Under the pieces are notes generated by a model. It did no database searches and was not told where the DNA came from. It saw only the letters and a program-made list of their open reading frames with translations. A stretch of DNA of 63,250 nt, filler included, from Olpidium bornovanus S191 (lineage: Eukaryota > Fungi > Olpidiomycota), in NCBI GenBank assembly GCA_017911155.1. It is 29 parts of 29 records of this genome, joined end to end, with 100 filler letters (N's around TTAATTAATTAA, not from the genome) between each part and the next. Parts side by side here need not be neighbours in the genome. Positions count along the whole stretch, not along the records: positions 34,530 to 36,373 come from JAEFCI010004231.1; positions 36,474 to 38,435 come from JAEFCI010006034.1; positions 38,536 to 41,558 come from JAEFCI010002154.1; positions 41,659 to 43,619 come from JAEFCI010006703.1; positions 43,720 to 45,266 come from JAEFCI010002015.1; 24 more parts are not named here. One strand, 5' to 3'. Below are positions 34,606 through 45,175 of this stretch, piece after piece. Numbering within the stretch: position 1 is the stretch's first letter; every line of letters starts with the position of its first letter. Position numbers and translations under genes: made by a program.

Positions 34606-34803
34606 CCTAACCCGGGAGACCCCTTGTAACCCAAACCCTAACCCCTAACCCTAACCCTAACCCTAACCCTAACCCTAACCCTAACCCTAACCCTAACCTA
34701 ACCCTAACCCTAACCCTAACCCTAACCCTAACCCTAGGCTCCAAGTGCCAACCTTAAAACCCTAAATTTCGGGGAGACCCCTTGTAACCCTAACCCTAAC
34801 CCT
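34606..34803. repeat. Telomere-type (CCCTAA)n / (TTAGGG)n array with variant units, embedded in a ~158-bp repeated unit
   Basis: About 18 CCCTAA units at 34628-34736 and a short tract at 34786-34803. GGGAGACCCCTTGTAACCC precedes both tracts (34614, 34772). Confidence 0.95.
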
Positions 34804-35354
34804 CCTGGGTGACGAGAAAACCGCTTTCGGAGGGTTCGGGGCGCTGGCCCGCCGTCGGCTCGGAGAGGTCAGCGGCGTCGGTGGCTGTTTCGTGCTCGTT
34901 CTTGGCGTACCGGCGTCCAAATTCGGTGAGCCCAGGTGCAATCGAAAGCTCTCGGAGAGGGCTATCGATTGGGGCGGGAGCGGTGGGTGAGAAAAATTTT
35001 TCGGGCAAACATCGCGGCGATCGCGACGCAGGACCGGGGGGGGGGACTATCTCCCGGGTCATTCAAACTCATCGTTCTCCGTCAAAAGCGCGTCTTTTCT
35101 TGTGAAACCCGGGACGTTTGTAGAGCGCGAAGAGGCCGTTCGAATGAGCCTAAGCTCAGCCCGAACGGATGCCGGAGAGCTGAGAAAACCCCGGTCGAAG
35201 GTCGCGCTCCGGGCGGTCCTCGGCGAGCTCGGCGGGCGGTCGTGGGCGGTCGGGGAGGTCACGTGACCCCTTTTCGTCCGGTGTTTTTGGTTTTTTTTTT
35301 TTTTTTTTTTTTTGAAGGAGTGCAAAGAGCGCTTGCGCGGCGGTTGGTTGCTGC

Positions 35355-35505
35355 GTGGCGGCGGGTGCTGCGCGGAAGGTGGCGGGTGCTGCGCGGAAGG
35401 TGGCGGGTGCTGCGCTGAAGGCGGCGGGTGCTGCGCGGAAGGCGGCGGGTGCTGCGCGGAAGGCGGCGGGTGCGGCGCGGAAGGCGGCGGGTGCTGCGCA
35501 GAAGG
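35355..35505. repeat. 21-bp minisatellite GGCGGGTGCTGCGCGGAAGG(T/C), about 7 copies
   Basis: Directly visible; produces the PPSAQHP / AAPAAFR pseudo-peptides in the ORF track. Confidence 0.92.
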
Positions 35506-35935
35506 CGGAAGGCGGCGGTTGCGCGGCGGGAGCACAAGAGATGGCGGTTGCGCGTCGGGCGCAGATGGCGGTTTCGCGGCGGCGCAGAGACGGCGGTTGG
35601 GCGCGCGGCTGCGGCGTGCGGCGGCGGTGGCGGGCGCGCAGCAGCGGGGCAGCGGGCGCGCAGCGGTGTTCGGTTGCTGCGCGGCTGCAGTGGGCGCGGC
35701 GGCGGGCGCGGCGGCGAGCGCGCAGCGGCGGCGGCACAGAGGATGGCGCCTGCGGCGGCGGGCGGGAGGCGTGCTGCGCAGAAGGCGGAAGGCGTGCTGC
35801 GCGGAAGGCGGGCGCGCAGCAGTCAAAGGCGGCGGGGCTGCGCTCTTCAGGAGCGTATTTGGAGGATGGCGCGGCGGCACCGGAGTTGCGCTCTTCGGGA
35901 GCGTTCACGGGAGGATAGTTCACGGGCAGGGCGCC

Positions 35936-36034
35936 GTTGGGCTCATAACCTGTGGTTTTGGTTTTGTTGTGTTTGGTTTATTTTGGGTTCGGGCGGTAAC
36001 TACTGTGAGGGCAGTGAGGGCTTGAGTACCAACA
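35936..36034 (-). mobile_element. Short LTR-like segment (TGTTGG..CA, 84 bp) plus copia/Ty5-type PBS
   Basis: Minus strand: TGTTGG at 36034, AATAAA inside, ..CCACA|GGTTATGAGCCCAAC. The 18-mer is identical to 29147-29164. Confidence 0.65.
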
Positions 36035-36149
36035 GCCGCCGGGCGCCTCCTCGAGAAGCTCCCAGCCGTCCCGGTCCGCCCGGCGCCGGCCCCCAAGCCC
36101 GTCGTTGCGCCCCAGTCTTGTGGGCCCACCGCCGACGCCGCTTCGAGCG

Positions 36150-36373
36150 CCGCGGCGACCCCGGAGGATATGGACCAATGTTAGAGTGCCCGGGGCACTG
36201 GCTGTCCGGCCGGCTCCGGGACGACCCCGCCACGGCCGCCGCCGTCGCGGCGTCGGTCGCGCCGCACCTCGCGGAGTTCATCACGTCCCTCGCCGCCGCT
36301 CCCCCCGACGCGCCCCGCTCCCTCCGCCAGGAGCGCGTCGACGAGGCGTACGACGTCCTGCTCACCACCATCG
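36150..36373 (+). CDS. Coding-like fragment, unassigned (weak resemblance to non-LTR ORF2 endonuclease-RT linker)
   Basis: GYGPMLECPGHWLSGRLRDDPATAAAVAASVAPHLAEFITSL..RVDEAYDVLLTTI, with GC3-rich codons. Confidence 0.3.
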
Positions 36374-36473
36374 NNNNNNNNNNNNNNNNNNNNNNNNNNN
36401 NNNNNNNNNNNNNNNNNTTAATTAATTAANNNNNNNNNNNNNNNNNNNNNNNNNNNNNNNNNNNNNNNNNNNN

Positions 36474-37583
36474 CATGAGTTGCGATTCTCAGACCTGTAG
36501 GATCCTTATTGCCGGTTACTGTGGGAATTAACCCTTTCTCGGCGGGTTTGCCGCTGCCTCCGTCCGCAACTTCAGGCCCCGGGAGCAAGCTTGGCTCCTT
36601 GCTCTCGGGTCCTTGCGGCCGCCCTCCGTCGTTCGTGCCTACTTGGGAGGTTCTCTTTCCTCCCCTATTCTCAGTCGTTGAAGCGGGTTCCAAAATTATG
36701 ACACCATTCCTAGAAGAGTTGTAAAAGGCATCTGGATCGGTTGTTAACGACGCATTCGCAGCAAAGCGGGGCGCGGTCGACAAGACCCATCGCTTGCCAA
36801 ACCTTTGTCATCAACAATAGCATCAGATGAATCATTTTCTAGTAGTCTTCGGGCAAGGGCTATCCGAGCGTTTGACGGGTCCGTCAGCGTCAAACACTGA
36901 GCTGTCGTTGAATCGGCCAGCAGTGCGGAGAATGCCATGTCCAATCGCGAAAGCACAGCTTTTCGGTTCTCCGCCTCCGGGTTTTGGGAGGTAACGCTGT
37001 CGACGGTGGAGTACTCGGATCCTAAGCGTGTCATGCGCCCGAACACCAAGCTCAACCGCCGCTCTGTGTCGACGGCCGGCGAAAGGCCGCCCGCGGCGGC
37101 CCGGTCGGAGGCCGCCGAAAAAGCGAAGCACCTGTCGGAAGCGTCGTAGTTTTCCGCATCCGCGGCGAAGGCCTTCGGATCGCCGTCGGAGAGATTCTGG
37201 TTCTCTCTCTTGCCGCGTCCATGGGACGGGGACGAAGCGGCTCTCGGCAGGTTAAGGACGTCGTCCGATTTGGCATTCTTGAGCCTTGCCGCCTTCGAGT
37301 CGTCGGTTGTCGGGGACAGCCAATTTGCCTGCGGCCGCGGTTCGCCGGCACCAATCGTCGACGGCATCTTTGGTGGTGCCGGCAGCGGGTTTTCGTCAAT
37401 TCCGATCGGACGTTCTGCTCCCGATGCGCGGTCCCGATCGACTCCGGGTGGAACTGGCCGGCCGCCTTGCGTGTCAATTATCACCGTCCAGGGTGTGAAA
37501 TGACGTCGCCGGATCCAATTCACCGCCCGCTGATCATCTGCGGTAAACGCCGTTTGGCTCCCGATCAGCCCATAAGAAAACAA
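36474..37583 (-). CDS. Unassigned S/A/P/D-rich hypothetical protein (two frames, probably spliced)
   Basis: 279-aa ORF plus a downstream open frame running to the gap; no family recognised. Confidence 0.45.
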
Positions 37584-38373
37584 GTCGGAATTGGGATCCG
37601 ATACCGAGTTCGTTCATGCTGCGGGACGGGGTGGGGCGAGCGGGTCTCTTCCCCGGTACCAGACACCGCATCCGCCGGGAAATAAACAAAAAAAGAAAAA
37701 TCACACAATTCCGCGGCGAAAAGAAACGAATTCCGGGGATCGTCACCACCCCGACCACGGGCGGCACGAAAACCTGCCCGGCAACTGTCCCTTTCAGTTT
37801 GGCTTGCCTGCCGACTTGAGAGGGCGGGGCTGGCCGGCACGTAGTTCTCTGGGCGTGGTGTTCTTGGTCGCGCACGTGTGAATTGATGGCGGGCTTTCTA
37901 AATCGCGGGGTTCTTCCGGAGAACGGGTTCCAGGGAAACTTCCGCCGAATTTTCATCCCGCATGTTGCTGGCTGTTGCGGGGGACAGACATGTCTCCGCG
38001 GCTTTTTCCTTCGTTTGCAAAGAAACAGCGTCGCAGATTCTGGCCAGCTTGCCGAGGAGAGGAGTGGCACGGGGCCAATGCTCTCTCGTTCGCGCAGCTG
38101 GTCGCCTTGGAAAGTGAAACTCGGACTTCGCGCCGTGCAGCATGGTCGACAGGTTGCTTTCCGGCAATGGCTGGGACCCCGCCATCACCGCACGAATGCG
38201 ATCATTTCATGGCCGGGCCGCTCCTCGGCCTCTGTCGCGTGTCCTTCCTCAATGCCGCTGCGGAGCCGCGGCACAGTGATGGTCGTCGGTCACTCAGGGA
38301 CGGAACTTTATAACGGGGTCTTCCCTGCGCGGGCCGGTGACCGGCCTTCCAAGCGACACGGAAACGCCGCTCG

Positions 38374-38428
<55 letters not shown>

Positions 38429-38536
38429 TGCCGGGNNNNNNNNNNNNNNNNNNNNNNNNNNNNNNNNNNNNNNNNNNNNTTAATTAATTAANNNNNNNNN
38501 NNNNNNNNNNNNNNNNNNNNNNNNNNNNNNNNNNNC

Positions 38537-40962
38537 ATGGACGCCGATCTGCGCGCCGCGAGGGCGGAGGCGGAAGAAATGCGCAGGCTGGTCCATCAGT
38601 GCGAGAGGCAGGCTTCGGAGGCCCGGGCGAGCGCGGACGATCTCGGGCGGAAGGTCGCGGGCGAGGAAGACGCCGTGAAGGAGAAGTCGCGCGAACTGGA
38701 GGAGGCGAAGGCGGAGTGTTCCGGAACCCGCGAACGCCTGGCGAGCGCCGTCTCGAAGCTCGGAGCCGCGGAGAAGGAGCTCGAGCGCCTCCGGTCGATC
38801 TCGGAATCCTCCGCATCCAAGGAGGAATCGCTGGCCTCGGAACTGAGAGAATCCCAGGCGGCGCTGGGGCGCCTGCAGGCGGAGAACGAGCGCGTCCAGC
38901 ACAAATGCGCAGAGCTGGAAGCAGAGCTGGCGGCGGCGAAGCGGAAGTGCGAGGTCCTGGAGGAGGCCGAGTCCAAAATCAAGGAGCCTTACGAGCGCGA
39001 CCGGGCGACGATGGAAGAAGGGATGAGCGCTCTGGAAGCCAAATTCCGCCGCCTGGTCCGCGCCCTCGAAGAGGCGCAGAAGGGCAGCGAGGCGGCGGCG
39101 GCCGAATACGAGCGCGAGCTCGGGCGCGGATCGTCGAAGCGGGCGGAGCTCGAGGAAGGGGTCGAGCGCCTGCGCGGCGAGAACAACCAGCTCAAGGAGC
39201 TGCTCGCGAGGGCCGCCGTCGAGAAAGACGAGCTCGCGTCGAAGATAGTCGACATCGACGAGGCAAACCTTTCGGCCCTGAAGGAACTTCGCGCATTGCT
39301 CCTGAACGAGAGGCAGCGGGTGCTTGCGCTGACCGACCAAGTCGATCAAATGAAACGGCGAGAAACGAAGCTGGCGTCTGATCTGAGTTCGGCGAACGAC
39401 GCCTTCGAGTCTCTGCGCCAGGAGAACGCGAAGTTGACTTCAGAGCTCGCCGCGCTGAAGGACATAATGGAATCGCGAACACGGGAACTAGGAGCGGCGA
39501 CGGCAGAGAATGCCAAACTAACGGCAGATGCGGCGGAGGGGGCAAGCAGCGCGGCCGCGATTCGGCAGGATATCGACGCTCTGCGCGCAGAGATTGACAA
39601 GTTGACCGGCGAAAGGGACGCCCGGGCGGCGGATGCGGGCAAGATGGAAGAAGACATGAAGGCAAAACAGGCCGACCTCGACCAGGCGAAGGCCCGCGCA
39701 GAATCCTTTGAGGCCCAGGTGGCAGCTCTGCAAGAAGCCGCCGAGGTTGCGGAAAAGAGACGGCAAGAACTTGAAGACGTCCGCACAAAGCTCTCAGCTT
39801 TGGAATCATCCGCCGCCGCTGACAAAGCCGCGTGGGACGCTGCCCGCGGCGAGCAGGAGGAATCCCTCCGAGGAAAGACCGGCGAGTGCGAAAGGCTTAC
39901 AATGGAGACGGGAGCTCTCGAAGGCCGCCTGCGGGACCTCGCGGACAAAATTTCAAAACGAGACGAGCTCGTCGATCGGCTCACGGCCGAGATCTCCGTC
40001 CTCGAGGAACAGAACTGCGACCAGGCCCGCTGCCTCACGGACGTGCAGTCCGAAATGGAGGACTACCACGTCGAGCTGGAACGGACGAAAGGGATCCTGT
40101 CGCAGCACGAGGCCGAGATCCGGCGCCTGCTGGCGTCCGAAGTTCACGCGGCGCATCAGCTCGAGCAGGCGCTGTACGCTGCCGAGGCCGAGCGCGCCGC
40201 CAAAATCGCGATGGACGCGGAGCTCCGGGCGGAGATCGCGCGGCTGCACCAGACGAACGAGTCGCTGCGGGGTAAGGTGCTGGATGCGAGGTCCAGCCTC
40301 GAGAACGGGTCCAGGCGCCACGGCGCCGACCTGACGCTCAAGGCCCGGGCGCCGGTCCCCGACCCCGAGCCGGCGGCCGCGGGCGACGGGGCGCCCCGGT
40401 CGGCGCGCCGCCTGCGGGCCGAGCTGCGTTCCGCGAGCGCGGAGGCGGCGCGGCACCGCGCCCGCGGCGAGGAGCGCGAGCGCGATCGCGGCAGCGCCCG
40501 GTTCGGCAAACGCGAGGGCACGGTAATGGACCGGCTGAAGTTCGTCTTGCGAGGCAAAGCGGACGCACGGGAGAGGATCCGGGCGCTGGCAAAGCGAAAG
40601 AGCGACGACGCCGCCGTCCGTCCCGCCGCGGCGGCGGCCCCGGGTTCGGCCCGCACGCTCCAGGACGAAGTGGACGAGCTCCGTTACGAATTAGAGCTGA
40701 GGGACGAGTTCGTTCGCAACCAGGCGGAGGACCTCGCGTGGTTTGAAAAGTCCTTAGACTTTGTGCGTAACGGGAAAATTTGTCTGCGTTTTTGCCGCTT
40801 CGAAAGAAACGAAAAAAAAAAAAAAAGATAAAAAATTCGCGACGACTCGTAACCGATTCTGACGGGCTCCCGCGATAGTACAAGAAGGTCCTTGAAGACA
40901 ACGGTCGAGACACGTCGGTCGACATGGACGAAGCCAACACCCGGCAAAGCAAACGTCGTTGA
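38537..40962 (+). CDS. Long coiled-coil protein (myosin-tail / spindle-pole-like), 5'-truncated
   Basis: About 750 codons of heptad-rich E/A/L/R/K sequence. Final intron TTT|GTGCGT..GATAG gives SLDF|YKKVLEDNGRDTSVDMDEANTRQSKRR*. Confidence 0.85.
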
Positions 40963-41812
40963 CTGGCCAAACGATGTTTCGTCACCTGGATGGGCGCCGC
41001 TTTTCACCCGTTGTGGCGTTGGCGTTTTGTTTCCCGGCGAGGGCGCGTGGTGTCCATGGTTGTACGAACAATAGCACCCGGCGGCAGACGTAAGACGTAA
41101 CAAGAAAATAAAAATAAAAAAGAGATATTGGATTGGCTGCTTTGCCGGTACCTTCGCGTTGGTCTCGCGCGCTTTTAAAAGATGGTAGCTGGCCCATGTT
41201 GTGTTTTTCTGATTGGGTCGCGTTGAGGAAGTTAATGCGGAGGATGAAGGGGCACAACTCGGTGGAAACAGTACAAATAACAGGGTGGAAGAGCAGATCG
41301 GAGAGCGCGGAATAAAAGGAGCACGTTTGGGGCCAAAACGTCCCGTTGAACGGCCCGTTTTTTCGTCAGAGGGGGGGAGGCAAACGCCGGGTAGAACAAG
41401 AAAAACATGGCAGTTGGAGCTTTTGAGGCCAATTACCTCATGAGTTGCGTGTTGGTGTTGTGAGACGGGGTTGCGCGCGGCGCAAGTAAAGAGCATATTG
41501 TACGGACTGATTCACAACCGTCCACTCCCCAATTATGGCGTACAAGGCTAAAAGAAAANNNNNNNNNNNNNNNNNNNNNNNNNNNNNNNNNNNNNNNNNN
41601 NNTTAATTAATTAANNNNNNNNNNNNNNNNNNNNNNNNNNNNNNNNNNNNNNNNNNNNAAAAGGTCCAAAAAAAAGAAAAGAAGCCGGCGTGATCTCCAA
41701 ATTCGGGTCGCGCCACGACGATTTTACGGCGGGAAGGAGGGGAATGGGGGGGGAGGGGGGGGGGGGGGAAAAATTTTTTCCCCTCCCAAAAAGGGGGGGG
41801 GGGTGTTTCCCC

Positions 41813-41849
<37 letters not shown>

Positions 41850-41979
41850 CCCTTTCCCCACCGCCGCCCTCCCGCAGCACCCCCGCCCCCTCTCTCCTTC
41901 GGCTCTTCCCCGCCCGCCCAAGCGGTGAAGCGCGCAAGCGCGCCTCGATCCCTTTTACCGGCGCAAAGCGGAAGGCGCC

Positions 41980-43538
41980 ATGTGGTGCCGCCGGCCTCTG
42001 CTGCTTGCGGCTCTGGCCGCCTGCGCGGTCCCTTTGGCGCAGTCGGCCGTGTTCTCCATAGACTACGGGACGGACTGGTTTAAGTTTGCGATGGTCCAGG
42101 TGCGGGAGAGGGCAAGGGCGCCGACCCCGTGGGACTCCGCTGTGCACCTGCCTGTTTGTCTCTCCCACCGGAGAGCCCGGCTTCGCCTTTGCCCTCGTTG
42201 CGCCCCGCGATCCTCGTTCCTCTTCCCGCGGCTGAGCCTCGAGGGCCGGGCGTTCCGGCCGTTTTCGGTTTTGCGCGTTCCCTAGGGCACGAAGTTGGAC
42301 ATCGTTCTGAACATAGACTCGCAGCGGAAGACGGCGTCGACGGTGGTCGTGCAGAACGCGACGCGGTCCTTCGCGAACGACGCCGTCAACCTCGGCACGC
42401 GGCACCCGTCGCAGAGCTACCCGGCGTTGAAGCCCCTGCTCGGGCGCGCGTTCCGCGACGAACACTGCGAGGCCTACCGGGGCACGTTCCAGAACACGAT
42501 GCGCGAAGACCCGGAGCGCGGCACGGCCGTCTTCTCGCACACCGTCAACGGCGAGGACGTGGAGCTCTCGGCGGAGGAGCTCGTGGGGATGCAATTTGCG
42601 TACGCGAGGAGGATCGTCGAGGCGGCAGCGAACGGGCCCGTGAAAGACGTCGTCATCACTGTCCCCCCGTATTTCACCCAGTTTGAGCGGCAGGCTGTCC
42701 TGGACGCCGCAGAGATCGCCGGGCTGCGCGTTTTGCAGCTGATCCACGACAACACTGCTGGTGAGGGGACGTTTTCTTTCGCCGGCGTCCGGGAAGAGGG
42801 GGGGGAGGGGGGGCAGACTAAGGGCGGGGGAGGGGCGGTGGGATTCCAGTTTCGCTCTCGGTCCGCCATAATGTTTTCACGCCGCTGACGGACAGCTCTT
42901 TTGCGCTGCGCATCAAAATCAACCCTTGGAACAATTCTGCAGTGGCGTTGAATTACGCCCTGAGCCACTCGTTCACGGAGAAGCCGGTTCATCACATATT
43001 CTACGACAGCGGTGCGGGCTCGACTGTCGCCTCGCTGATCTCATTTTCCACCATCCCCAGCCCCAAAAGTTCAAGGTTCAACAGCACTGTCGTTGTCGAG
43101 GTCCGTGCCCTAGGCTACGACCGCACGCTTGGTGGCCACGAGATCGACGTGCGGCTCCAGAGATGGCTGGCAGAGGAATTTATGAGGCAGCACAAGGCGA
43201 AGCTGAAGGGCGACGTCTTCAAGGACCAGCGGGCAATGATGAGGCTTTTGAAGGAGGCCAATAGGGTCAAGCAAATTCTCAGCGCGAACGTCGACACCCA
43301 CTCTTCGGTTTGTGGGGTTTCTTCGGTCGTTCTTATTTGTTTGTGTGTGCGGAACGTGTGTAACGTTTTCGCTTTTTCCTTTTTTTGCCTTCTGCGTTTC
43401 CAGATTGAAGGTCTGATGGAGGATGTTGATTTCCGGACAACAGTCACCCGAGCGACCTTGGAGAGCATGTGTTCTGACCTGATAGATCGGGTGACTGGCC
43501 CGTTGGATGTCGTCCTTAAGAAGGCGGGTCTTGAGAAA
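41980..43538 (+). CDS. LHS1: ER Hsp70-family nucleotide exchange factor Lhs1/Grp170 (HYOU1), N-terminal ATPase domain
   Basis: Signal peptide plus AVFSIDYGTDWFK; LDIVLNIDSQRKT; VKDVVITVPPYFTQFERQAVLDAAEIAGLRVLQLIHDNTA; HIFYDSGAGST; YDRTLGGHEIDVRL; KEANRVKQILSAN. Confidence 0.95.
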
Positions 43539-43719
43539 GTCGGTAAATTTTTGATCCTTCTCTTTTTATATGTATATCACCAATTGCCTGTCGCGCTTTG
43601 CTAATCGCAGCCGAATGTTNNNNNNNNNNNNNNNNNNNNNNNNNNNNNNNNNNNNNNNNNNNNTTAATTAATTAANNNNNNNNNNNNNNNNNNNNNNNNN
43701 NNNNNNNNNNNNNNNNNNN

Positions 43720-45175
43720 CATGTTCCTGCTACGTGCCGGGGCTCCGACGGGCCTGGTGGCGCCAGCGAGCCGGCGAAGTGTGCTGCTGGCATTGGTACA
43801 TTTTTGTCCTCGACAATCTCGGAACACGAGTCGGCCGTCTCGGCGTTGAGCAAGATCTTCATCGCCAGGTCGAGGTCGCCTTCGTTGACCTACGACGCAC
43901 CCCGAGCGTCAAAACAAACGAGCAGCAAAGTGGGTTTCAGCGTAACGTCGAAGATTTAATTCTAGGTGTGGTGTCATCCGGTGGAAGGTGATCTCCTTGA
44001 CAGGAATGGAAACAATAAACACGCCCGACTCCTTTTTTTGTTCGTTTTTTTTGTTTCTTTCTTTTGTTTTGCGTTTTTTTTTATAACTCACTAAAACATT
44101 CGCTGTCTTGAACGTGCTCAGATAGAGGAGGTTGATGTCACCTGCACGCACCAGCGGCTCGCTGACCGAGTAGACCACGCCAAATCTGTCCAGCCCAAAG
44201 TCGCTGAGGTCCATTTGGATACACCGTAGTGGACAGGGCAGGGACGACCTGTTGAGCTCGTGGTCTGTAAACTCCTGTAACCCATTTCGGAACCACCGAG
44301 ACGGGGTTACAAACAGAAAGTTCGAGCGGCTCGTCAGCCCGGCGTAACCGAAAAAAAAAGTGCACGCCCTCGCGTCCGCAGCAATTATGGCGGGCCATTT
44401 CGTTCGTTACCTCAAGTAGGTTTTCGTCTGCTATCAGCGATATGCCTTCCTCGGTAGCGGTGTAGCTGCAGAACCTGGCGCTGCGGTCGTTGAGCCCACC
44501 CAAAGTATATTCAGACATATTTGATCGGGAGTCAGTCGCAGCGTAAGAACAAATGTAAGAAGCCGCACTTTTACGCGCATAATGCCCGAGTACAGAAGAA
44601 AAGAACAGGAACAAATCCCCCCGACCGCGACAACCCCAGCCCGCCGGCAATAATTAGCCGTTCCATTTGACCGCTTACCCTACCGGGGACACGTCCAACC
44701 TTCTCTCGCGCCACTCGTCAACCGGGCTATCGTCGGACACGGTGGAGTATGGAATCTCGGAAGTGGATCCGTCAAGCAGCTCCGGGTAGAACAATATCTT
44801 GAGCAGCTTGAGGCCCCAGCGTTCGAAAAAATCCCTGTTCAGCCCGACCATGCGCAGCGAATGGTTGGTGACGACCTTGCGGCAAAGGCGACGTATCTCG
44901 CAGATCGAGAAGGGGTCGAGGAGCTGCGAGCCGGGGCTCGGGCTCCGCCGTGGCTGGAGCTTGAAAGGCGGGCGCAAAGAACTCTTGCCATTTCTGTCGA
45001 GCTGGTCGTCGAGCCGTCCTGCCGGACCAAAGTGCTCCGTGAATTCATCGTCCGCGTCCACGCACGAGAAGTTTTCCGTCCGCAAGGTGGAGATCACCAA
45101 CGGCATTTGGTGCTCCTTGACCTGGCGCGCCCAACAACCGTATTGAGTGCAGGCATGTCCCGAGACGACAATCAA
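43720..45175 (-). CDS. CASTOR/GATS-like ACT-domain protein (multi-exon, both ends uncertain)
   Basis: RFCSYTATEEGISLIADENLLE and DLSDFGLDRFGVVYSVSEPLVRAGDINLLYLSTFKTANVLV match the ACT_7/CASTOR pattern (G.V..i..PLa...I..yYiSTF....LV). Confidence 0.75.

Noticed and set aside
35059-36429. Several 190-330 aa overlapping ORFs with heptad repeats (PPSAQHP, GGCCAEG, AAPAAFR)
   Set aside because: Produced by a 21-bp GC minisatellite that is stop-free in most frames; no evidence of coding
27824-45175. NPR2 and a CASTOR-like gene in one window, suggesting a TORC1 gene cluster
   Set aside because: They are on different contigs joined arbitrarily; no linkage can be inferred
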